From a bacterium (lineage in GTDB: Bacteria > SAR324 > XYD2-FULL-50-16): a stretch of DNA of 64,000 nucleotides. The stretch is from positions 176,415 to 240,414 of the forward strand of contig JAVVEA010000002.1 in assembly GCA_032250835.1 (NCBI GenBank), read 5' to 3'. Made by a program: the position numbers and the translations under genes. Of this stretch, positions 56,515-64,000 are shown piece after piece; positions within the stretch are counted from its first letter, which is position 1, and each line of letters starts with the position of its first letter. The notes under the pieces are model-generated. The model was not told the origin of the DNA. It worked only from the letters and a program-made list of their open reading frames with translations, and ran no database searches.

Positions 56515-57197
56515 AGGCGCGGGGCTTTACCTTAATCGAGTTGCTGGTGGCTATGGCCCTCTTTGGGGGCATCCTTTCCTTGTTGTTGACCAGCTTCTTC
56601 CAGTTTCAGGGTACCGGTTCGCGCCTCGAATCAACCCTGGCGGCACGCCAGGAACTCCGGAACCTAGAGGCTTTGATCCGCCAGGACCTAGCCTCGGCGG
56701 TTTATCTGCCCCATTACGCCACCGCTGTGGACGGCCAAGCACCGCCCAGCGGCATCGTCGGCGTCAACAATCAGGACGAGGGCCAAGAGCGTGACCTGGT
56801 GTCGATGCATGTGGCCGCTCGGGGGCGATTTTATACGGGCTTCCGGCGGGCGCTCAACCCCGAGTTGTTTGAAGTCGCCTACCGCTTTAAGCGAGATGCC
56901 CAAGGCGTCTTGGGCTTTTACCGGCGCGAAGGCTATTATCTAGGCGGCCCCTTGGACGAAGGGGAAGAGGCCATCGAACACCGGCTTTCGACACGCCTGA
57001 AAAGCCTAGACCTCAAGTATTATGGCCAAGATAACCTAGCGCTGGACAGTTGGAACTCTAACGCCGAGCAGCCGATGCCTTTGGGGGTGATGGTGGTTTT
57101 AGGCCTAGAGGAAGCCCCCGGCCAGGTGATCGAGAGCCGCTTTGTGCTGAACCTGCGCCCTAGCATGGGGCCAGGCGTGAGTTGGAGGGACCGATGA
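56511..57197 (+). CDS. gspJ: Minor pseudopilin GspJ
   Basis: GTG start overlapping the gspI stop. KARGFTLIELLVAMALFGG. Confidence 0.7.
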   Translation: MKARGFTLIELLVAMALFGGILSLLLTSFFQFQGTGSRLESTLAARQELRNLEALIRQDLASAVYLPHYATAVDGQAPPSGIVGVNNQDEGQERDLVSMHVAARGRFYTGFRRALNPELFEVAYRFKRDAQGVLGFYRREGYYLGGPLDEGEEAIEHRLSTRLKSLDLKYYGQDNLALDSWNSNAEQPMPLGVMVVLGLEEAPGQVIESRFVLNLRPSMGPGVSWRDR

Positions 57198-58252
57198 ACC
57201 GCCGACCGGGCATGGCCCTACTCTTGACCTTGACGCTGCTGCTGATTCTCTCCATCGCTTTGGCCAAAAGCTTTGAGGACCGGGCCTTGGAGCGTCGGCA
57301 CTTAGAGGCCCAGGAAGCGAAGTTCCAGATGGAAAATACCGCCCGTTCGGTGCTGCGGGGTCTGATCCAGGTTTTGCGTTCCGTCGGCTATTGGCAGGTG
57401 GCGGTGGGGCCCATGGGCCTCAAACGCATCCCTGCCGGGGCGGTGGTGCCCCTAGGTGAGGGGGGCGTCAGCAACCTGACCATCACCCCCATGGACCAGC
57501 GGTTTAATCTGAGCGGGCGTTATGATGCCGATGATCGGGCCAAAGCCAAGCTCTTTGAAGCCACCTTGGGTAGCATCTATCGCCAGCGGGAGCAGACCAC
57601 CTACCCAGCCAACGTAGAGGAGGTGATCGGTGCGATCAGCGACTTTGAAGACACCGACCAAGACCCCGCCTCAGTATACGGGGTGGAACAATACCCCCAG
57701 TCCCACCCGGCTTTCCAGGTGAAAAATGCGGAACTGGACCAGCTCAGTGAGGTCAAGGTGATCCCGGCTTTCCAGCGCCTGGGCTTGACGCAAAGGGAGT
57801 TGGAACAAAACTTTCGGGTCTTAGGTGACCCGCTGCCTAGCCTAGACGTAAACAGCGCCAGTAAAGAAGAGATTGTTCGGTTTATCGAACAATACAGCGA
57901 AGTGGGGGCTCCGTTTTTAAACCTCTCGCGGCTTAAAGACGATCTGGTGGAAATCCTCAGCAAGAAGGACAAGCTGGGTCTGGGGCCCTACTTTGACCAC
58001 CCCTTTGTCAAAAGGGGTCAGTCCGTCTTCGAGCGGGAACTGGCGGCGCGGGGCTTGGGCGAGCAGATGAGTGAACGAGAAAAGGGTTTATTTAAGGCTG
58101 TCCCCGATCTATTGGAAATCCGCTACAACGTCCATTATGGTGAGTTTGTCCGGCAGGTGACCGCCCAGCTTAGCTTAGAGTGGGGCGGGCAAAGCAAGTC
58201 GAAGACGCCCAGCCTGACTAAGGTGGTGATCGAGCGTTTTGAAATCCGCTAA
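57194..58252 (+). CDS. gspK: Type II secretion protein GspK
   Basis: MNRRPGMALLLTLTLLLILSIALA N-terminus. About 350 aa. Follows gspJ with overlap. Confidence 0.7.
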   Translation: MNRRPGMALLLTLTLLLILSIALAKSFEDRALERRHLEAQEAKFQMENTARSVLRGLIQVLRSVGYWQVAVGPMGLKRIPAGAVVPLGEGGVSNLTITPMDQRFNLSGRYDADDRAKAKLFEATLGSIYRQREQTTYPANVEEVIGAISDFEDTDQDPASVYGVEQYPQSHPAFQVKNAELDQLSEVKVIPAFQRLGLTQRELEQNFRVLGDPLPSLDVNSASKEEIVRFIEQYSEVGAPFLNLSRLKDDLVEILSKKDKLGLGPYFDHPFVKRGQSVFERELAARGLGEQMSEREKGLFKAVPDLLEIRYNVHYGEFVRQVTAQLSLEWGGQSKSKTPSLTKVVIERFEIR

Positions 58253-59316
58253 AAACCGGCGCTAAAGTAAGCTAAAATCCGCTCGCTGCTTTTGACCTTC
58301 GCCGCCGAGCTGCCGATTTCTTCAAAATACCGCGCCGCGCCCAGGATGATGGCGTGGTTGCCGATGTTAAACTCCACCCCCGAAGTCGGGTAGCCCTCGT
58401 TGGTCCCGCCGCGCAGGGAAATCCAATTCCCGCCGGTTTCATTAGGGAAGAGCCCTACCTCCAAGCCCGAATGGATGCGGTTGCTGCGCTCCCTGGGGGT
58501 CGAAAGCCCCCGTATATCGATGGTGGGTACCAGACGCATCACCCCCAGGTCGAGGTCCAGGTTAAACCCCAAGTGGACCTCTTGGGGTTCGGCGTCGGTC
58601 GCGGTGCCGATGTCCATTCCGCCGATGTTCTGCGCCGCTAGAGCTAAGGTAGCATGGGCCGCTCCGGGCACCCGCCAGAGGATGCCTAGGTCATAAGCGC
58701 TGCCCTGTTCATATTCGCCGAAGCTGGGGACCGTCGCCGCATCGCTGGTGGCGTCGCGCCGTTGGATTTGCCGCACCCCTAGGCCGACCACAAAGGACCC
58801 CGAGAAGAGAGGGAGCGAAAAGCCCCCTTGAGTGATCCGGTCATTGCGTTGGTATAGCAGGCTGTTATCCTCCAAACCCTGCATCACCACCTCACGCAGG
58901 TAGTTGGCCCCGATGGCCGTACCGGCGTCACTTACCTGGGCCACAAAGTTGATCCCCGCGTTGGCGCGGATGTGTGGCTGGTCTTTGGTCAAGAAGCTGG
59001 TGCGGGTGTCTTCGACCATCCCGTCTTCTTTCAGGTAAGGGTAATTGATCTGCGCTACATTGGGCAGCACGTCTAAGGCGGTCAACCCATTGCTCCCTTC
59101 GACGGTCCAGGCGGCATAGTCAACCCACCATTTGCGGGTGTTGGCCAAGACAGCGGGGTTGTAGCTTAAGGCATAAGAATCATTGGCTGAGGCCACGCCG
59201 GTGTTGCCCATGGCCAGGGCTCGGGGGCTCTTGAGGGGTTGGTAATACTCCTCGGCCTGGGCGTTGTGGTAGCCGAACAGCGCCAACAAAATAAATAAGA
59301 GGGTCGATTTCGACAT
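58249..59316 (-). CDS. Outer-membrane beta-barrel protein (C-terminal Phe)
   Basis: Signal peptide MSKSTLLFILLALFGYHNAQA. Amphipathic strands, ends YFSAGF. Convergent 4-nt overlap with gspK. Confidence 0.6.
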   Translation of the reverse strand: MSKSTLLFILLALFGYHNAQAEEYYQPLKSPRALAMGNTGVASANDSYALSYNPAVLANTRKWWVDYAAWTVEGSNGLTALDVLPNVAQINYPYLKEDGMVEDTRTSFLTKDQPHIRANAGINFVAQVSDAGTAIGANYLREVVMQGLEDNSLLYQRNDRITQGGFSLPLFSGSFVVGLGVRQIQRRDATSDAATVPSFGEYEQGSAYDLGILWRVPGAAHATLALAAQNIGGMDIGTATDAEPQEVHLGFNLDLDLGVMRLVPTIDIRGLSTPRERSNRIHSGLEVGLFPNETGGNWISLRGGTNEGYPTSGVEFNIGNHAIILGAARYFEEIGSSAAKVKSSERILAYFSAGF

Positions 59317-59493
59317 TTTGAGTCCTTTTATAGTCTCTAGCCAGCGATTGCGGCAGTTTAGGTATCGTCTGGGCATCATCTGGATATCATCTCTGTAAAT
59401 ACTGCAAGCTTCCGGCCAAGCTGGGCCGGGGTAACCAACAGTCCGACCGGACTTGCCCTAGAATCTCATGGGGTCTATGCTGAGGCCTAACTT

Positions 59494-60159
59494 TTGGAGA
59501 GCCCCTTGGACATTACCCTGCATTGTACCCTCAGCCTAGATGGTCGCCCCAGCGGCTGGCCCCAGGACAAAACCGCCCACGCCGATTGTTTGGCCGCCTT
59601 GGGCGCTAAATTCCACCTGATGGGCGCCGATAGCTTGGCTGATTACCACTTCGAACCATTAGACTTGGGCCCCGTAGAAATTCCCGAAGGGTCCACCGAG
59701 CGGCCTCTTTTGGTGGTCGTCGATGGCCGCGGTAGGGTGTTAGACTACCTACGTTTGGCTCAGTCGGGCAAGTGGTCTGGTTTTGTGGTCTTGACCGCTC
59801 CTAGAGCCTCACCCGCTTATCTCTCGATGATCGAGGCCCAAGGCGTCACCCGCATCGTCACTGGCGGGCAGCGGGTGGACCTGCCAGAGGCGCTGGACTA
59901 TTTGGAGCAACAATTCGGGCCGGGGAGTTTGGTGGTCGAGTCGGCAGGGCGTTTGGCCGCCGCGCTGTTGAGCGAGCGGATGGTGGAGCACTTGAGCTTG
60001 TTGTATAATTCCGTGTTAGTCGGCGGGCTATCGCCTCATGGAGTTTTTGGCCCCGGACGTTGGTTTGATCCCGTGGGGCCCTTGGTTTGGGAATTGACCT
60101 CGGCCCAGGCCTTAACCGGCGGCACCCTCTGGACCCGGTACCAGCGCTTTGTGCGCTAA
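59494..60159 (+). CDS. RibD C-terminal (dihydrofolate-reductase-like) domain protein
   Basis: LDITLHCTLSLDGRPSGW start typical of RibD_C/DHFR-like reductase domains. 221 aa. Confidence 0.65.
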   Translation: MESPLDITLHCTLSLDGRPSGWPQDKTAHADCLAALGAKFHLMGADSLADYHFEPLDLGPVEIPEGSTERPLLVVVDGRGRVLDYLRLAQSGKWSGFVVLTAPRASPAYLSMIEAQGVTRIVTGGQRVDLPEALDYLEQQFGPGSLVVESAGRLAAALLSERMVEHLSLLYNSVLVGGLSPHGVFGPGRWFDPVGPLVWELTSAQALTGGTLWTRYQRFVR

Positions 60160-62990
60160 TCTGGCTCGATCCTGCCGCGCCTTAGGAACTCCTCAAATTC
60201 ATGGGCTGGAAGGGGGCGGGCGTAATAGTAGCCCTGGATTCTAAAACAGCCCAACTGTTGCAGCACCCGCTTCTGGGCTTCGTTTTCGACCCCTTCGGCG
60301 ATCACCGAGAGGTTTAAGGAGTGGCCCAGGCTGATCACCGCTTTGGCGATCGAGGAATCCTGCACGAGGTCGATCACAAAAGCCCGGTCGATCTTTAGGT
60401 CACTGATAGGGAACCGGTTGAGGTAGCTCAGGGAAGAATATCCGGTCCCGAAGTCGTCCACCGAAGCGTGTATCTGGCGGTCCCGCAGTTTGGTTAGGGT
60501 CTCGATGGTGTGTTGCACTTCCACCATCAACAAGCCTTCGGTGATCTCCACCTTCAAGAACCTAGATTCAAGCCCGACCTCTGCTAAGACCCGGTCGATC
60601 ATGGCCACCACGTCGGTCTTTTGGAACTGGCGCACCGAAAAGTTCACCGACATAACCAATTCGGGTAAGCCCAAATCTTGCCAAGCCTTGGTCTGAAGGC
60701 AAGCGGTCTTTAAGACCCATTCTCCTAAGGGTAGGATCAGGCCGGTCTCTTCGGCGACGGGGATGAATTCGACAGGGGAAATAGAGCCCTGTTCAGGGTG
60801 CTGCCAACGCACCAAAGCCTCGGCCCCGATGATCACCCCATCGCGAGAGTCTACCTGGGGTTGGTAGAGAACCTGAAATTCTTGGTTCTCCAAGGCCCGG
60901 TGCAGGTTAGAGATCAAGAACATCTTGCGGTCGGCATCTTTGGCGAGGTTGGGGGTATAGAAGCTAACCTGTCCTTTTCCACGCTCCTTGGCTTGGTACA
61001 TGGCGGCGTCGCCCTTTCGGAGTAACTCCTCTGCATCACCGCCATCTTGGGGGTAGATGGCGATGCCGATGCTGCAATGAGTGTAGACTTCCTGGTTTTG
61101 GATCAATAAGGGGCGGTGGAACTTGGTTAATATTTCGTTGGCCACCGTTGCGGCCGTGCCGGGATCTTTGACGTCGATCAAGGCCACCACAAATTCGTCG
61201 CCGCCCAGGCGAGCCACTAGGTCCGATGCCCGGATGCTGTCTTGCAACATCCTGGAGGCTTCGATCAGTAACTGGTCTCCGGCGGCATGGCCTAGCGAAT
61301 CGTTGACATGTTTGAAGTTGTCTAAGTCTAAAAACAATAGGGCAATGTTAAAACCGCGCCGCTTGGCCAGCTGGATGTGGTGGTTTAATTGGTCTAAGAA
61401 ATAAAGCCGGTTGGGCAGGTCCGTGAGGCCGTCATAATAGGCCCGGCGGCGCAACTCTTCTTCGGTCTGCTTGACCCGACTGATGTCGTTGAAAACCGCC
61501 AAATAGTTGGTTTGGTAGCTGATTTCGTCAGTGAACCGGGTGATGGAGGCGAACTTGGGGTAGATCTCCCCATTTTTGCGTCGGTCCCATATCTCGCCGG
61601 TCCATTGGCCCTGCTCGAGCAGTAAACCCCACATTTGTTCATAAAAATCTTGATCATGCCGCCCGCTGGATAGGACTTTAGGGTCCTTACCGCGAACTTC
61701 GTCTAGGCTGTAACCAGTAATCTGTTCAAAGGCTTGGTTTGTTTCGATGATCTGGTTGTTGTGGTCTGTGATCATGATCGCTTCGCTGGCGCTTTCAAAA
61801 ACCTTGGCCAGGAGGCTAATTCTTTTGAGGCGGATTTTGTCTTCGGTGATGTCGCGCACCACGCCCAGTAATTTGATGGGGGCGCCAAACTCGTCTAACA
61901 TGACCTCCCCTTCGCCACGAAGAATCCGCTCGGCACCACTCGGTTGGATCAGTCGATGTTCCACCAAAAAAGGTTGGTGGGTTTCTAGGGTTTGGGCCAC
62001 CGCCAGATTGACGCGCTCGCGGTCTTCGGGGTGGATCAGCGAGAGGTAGGTTTCGTAAGCTGGCGAGAACTCTTCTGGGTTGGTGCCGAAGAGGATATGG
62101 GTGGTCGGCGACCAGTCGATTTGATTGGAGTTTATGTCCCATTCCCAACTGCCCAGTTTGGCCACCGCTTGGGCCCGCGCCAAGCTGGCTAAACTTTGGC
62201 GTGATTTCTCGTCGGCTTGGCTGCGTTGGGCGGCCATCTCTTCAATCTTGCGGGCCAGTTGGGCCAATTCATCAGAGCCCCCCACACCGGTGACCAAGCC
62301 TGTTGCCCCTTGGCTGAAACGTTCGGTCGCCGCCACCAGCCGCCGTACCCTAGCGGTCACCATAAAATGTAGCGCCACCGCAAAGAGCAGCGCCGCCCAA
62401 GCAAACAAAAGTCCTAAGGTGATGATGCGTTGGCGCATCACCGAGAAGATAGACTCTTTGGCATGGTCTAGCGTTTCTTCGATAAAGAGTAGGCCCCTCT
62501 GGTTGGCCGGGTCATTGCTTAAAGCTTCACTGAGGCGGATCGAGGCTAGGCCGTATAGGCTGTTGCCTTGATTGCCCAATTGGTATTGCGCGAGTTGAAA
62601 GCGGGTGACTTCGGCCGCCTTTTGCTTCAGCCAAACCGCCGCGTGGTCGTTTTCTTTTTCGACCACCGCAAAGAGGTCTTTTTGCAAGTCCGCCAGTTGG
62701 GTCGAAGCGATGACGCGCCCCCGACCGTCGGCAAAGATAGCCCGAGTTAAACGAGGCTCGGAGGTAAGCTCGGTCACTTCTTCGGCGGCCAGCAGAGGCT
62801 TGCCTTCGGCCAGAGCCCGCTCCATGGACCGTTGGGAATGGTTGATCAAGATCCGCAGCTCTTCTAAGGACTGGCTCTCTACCAGACGGGCCGTTTCGGA
62901 GCGCGTCACTTGGAGTGTGCCTAAAGAAAGAGACAGAATAAAGAGCAGTAAGATCAGCGGCAGGCTGTACCTTAGCGGGATCGTGGTCAT
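60156..62990 (-). CDS. Membrane sensor with periplasmic domain, HAMP, two PAS, GGDEF and EAL domains
   Basis: Two transmembrane helices flanking a ~150-aa periplasmic domain. PAS (WEWDINSNQIDWS). Intact RLGGDEF. EAL domain (GAEALVRWQHP, DDFGTGYSSL). Confidence 0.9.
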   Translation of the reverse strand: MTTIPLRYSLPLILLLFILSLSLGTLQVTRSETARLVESQSLEELRILINHSQRSMERALAEGKPLLAAEEVTELTSEPRLTRAIFADGRGRVIASTQLADLQKDLFAVVEKENDHAAVWLKQKAAEVTRFQLAQYQLGNQGNSLYGLASIRLSEALSNDPANQRGLLFIEETLDHAKESIFSVMRQRIITLGLLFAWAALLFAVALHFMVTARVRRLVAATERFSQGATGLVTGVGGSDELAQLARKIEEMAAQRSQADEKSRQSLASLARAQAVAKLGSWEWDINSNQIDWSPTTHILFGTNPEEFSPAYETYLSLIHPEDRERVNLAVAQTLETHQPFLVEHRLIQPSGAERILRGEGEVMLDEFGAPIKLLGVVRDITEDKIRLKRISLLAKVFESASEAIMITDHNNQIIETNQAFEQITGYSLDEVRGKDPKVLSSGRHDQDFYEQMWGLLLEQGQWTGEIWDRRKNGEIYPKFASITRFTDEISYQTNYLAVFNDISRVKQTEEELRRRAYYDGLTDLPNRLYFLDQLNHHIQLAKRRGFNIALLFLDLDNFKHVNDSLGHAAGDQLLIEASRMLQDSIRASDLVARLGGDEFVVALIDVKDPGTAATVANEILTKFHRPLLIQNQEVYTHCSIGIAIYPQDGGDAEELLRKGDAAMYQAKERGKGQVSFYTPNLAKDADRKMFLISNLHRALENQEFQVLYQPQVDSRDGVIIGAEALVRWQHPEQGSISPVEFIPVAEETGLILPLGEWVLKTACLQTKAWQDLGLPELVMSVNFSVRQFQKTDVVAMIDRVLAEVGLESRFLKVEITEGLLMVEVQHTIETLTKLRDRQIHASVDDFGTGYSSLSYLNRFPISDLKIDRAFVIDLVQDSSIAKAVISLGHSLNLSVIAEGVENEAQKRVLQQLGCFRIQGYYYARPLPAHEFEEFLRRGRIEPD

Positions 62991-63979
62991 GGTGTGTTGC
63001 GGGCGCGCTCGACAAAGTATTGGGAAATAGCGTCGTTTAAATCAGGCATTTGTGTTAAAAGCCCTTGGTCCTTTAATAGTTGAGCTAGTCGGGTCATGGT
63101 CTGCCTGAGCGAGCCTTTATCGGGCTCCAGCATGATAGTAACCTCCTCATTGGGCGGCAAGCGCATGCCTTGGTAACTGCTGAGGACCTGCTCGGGTGAA
63201 AGCTTAAGGCGTTGGGCTAAAATCCGGGCCGCCTGAATTGGTTGCTTTTCCATACGGTCCAGCGCGAGAAACCAACCATCCACCAAGGCCTGAACCCTGG
63301 GGTCCTGCGACTCAACCAAGGAGTTATGGACCACCAATACATCCAGGATCTCACCGGGAATTTGGCGGCTGTCAAAGACCGGGCGGGCCCCTTCGGCGAT
63401 CAGTTGGCTGCGTACCGGCTCGAAGGTGATGGCTCCGTCGATTTTCTGGTTGCGGTAGGCTTCTAAATGGCCGTTGACCGGGATTTTTTGGTATTGAAAC
63501 TGGTCAGCCTTCAATCCGTAAAGAGTTAAGGCCCGCGCCAGCATAAACCTGCCCAAGACATTGTCTTCTGGGGCGATCACCTTGCCTTTAAGGTCGACCA
63601 AGGTTTTTGCAGGAGGACGGGCCAAGAGGGCATCGCCGCCGTCGGAAATGTCCATCACCAAGACCACCGTAACGGGCAGGCCGCTTTGTAGTAAGAGTAG
63701 CGCCTCGTCGAGCGTCAAGGCCGCCGCATCGATCAACCCGTTGCGCAAGGCGCGGCTGGACTGATTGACCGAGGCGTATTCGGCTAGCCGGACCTGTTGG
63801 GGGCTGAAGAATCTCTCGGCGCGCGCCAAGTAGAGGGGCTCATAGCCCGGCCAAAGATTGGTACCGACCACCAAAGGGCCGCTTGGTAGGGAGGGCGGGT
63901 CATTTTGACTGCTGACTAGGGTCAAGAGCCCGGCTAAGACTAAAAAAACCAAAACGCCCCAAAGGCCACGTAGCCTCAT
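62987..63979 (-). CDS. Periplasmic solute-binding protein (NMT1/SsuA/PhnD-like ABC substrate-binding fold)
   Basis: Signal peptide. Class-II periplasmic-binding-like sequence. ATGA overlap with the downstream sensor gene. Confidence 0.65.
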   Translation of the reverse strand: MRLRGLWGVLVFLVLAGLLTLVSSQNDPPSLPSGPLVVGTNLWPGYEPLYLARAERFFSPQQVRLAEYASVNQSSRALRNGLIDAAALTLDEALLLLQSGLPVTVVLVMDISDGGDALLARPPAKTLVDLKGKVIAPEDNVLGRFMLARALTLYGLKADQFQYQKIPVNGHLEAYRNQKIDGAITFEPVRSQLIAEGARPVFDSRQIPGEILDVLVVHNSLVESQDPRVQALVDGWFLALDRMEKQPIQAARILAQRLKLSPEQVLSSYQGMRLPPNEEVTIMLEPDKGSLRQTMTRLAQLLKDQGLLTQMPDLNDAISQYFVERARNTP

Positions 63980-64000
63980 GTATTCCCCTGAAAAACCATC

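Noticed and set aside
1-64000. CRISPR arrays, tRNA/rRNA genes, IS elements, integrases or prophage genes
   Set aside because: No regularly spaced direct repeats, no tRNA-like T-arm sequence in an intergenic context, and no transposase or integrase-like translations in any frame.

Overview
This 64 kb window is a roughly 58% GC, gene-dense chromosomal segment from a diderm (Gram-negative-type) bacterium. About 60 protein-coding genes are packed tightly, often with ATGA-type overlaps. I found no rRNA, tRNA, CRISPR array, IS element, integrase or prophage.

Recognisable core genes:
- a futalosine-pathway radical-SAM gene (partial)
- mnmG, accA, mltG, hflKC and dnaE
- ribBA and ribH, with no FMN riboswitch upstream
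- an RNase E/G homolog, rluD and an ABC-F ATPase
- a skp-fabZ-lpxA-(Gfo/Idh/MocA)-lpxB lipid-A cluster

The accessory content includes:
- a type II secretion system split over two loci: gspL/M/N fused into an accA...mltG operon, and gspGHIJK about 42 kb away
- a GldA/F/G-like ABC system with DUF4340 and a membrane-anchored spermidine-synthase homolog
- a reversed-order HEPN/MNT toxin-antitoxin pair
- a PAS-GGDEF-EAL sensor co-transcribed with a solute-binding protein
- a CASTOR/POLLUX-like RCK channel
- several genes I cannot place: a 613-aa acidic protein that looks highly expressed, an S41 protease fused to two CARDB-like domains, a Thr/Ser-rich YD-repeat lipoprotein paired with a small outer-membrane protein, and a CarbopepD-regulatory-domain protein coupled to a CPBP protease

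I see no single compact novel system such as a defence island. The candidates above are individually unusual and are ranked in the findings. All calls rest on reading motifs by eye from the ORF translations; no database search was run.
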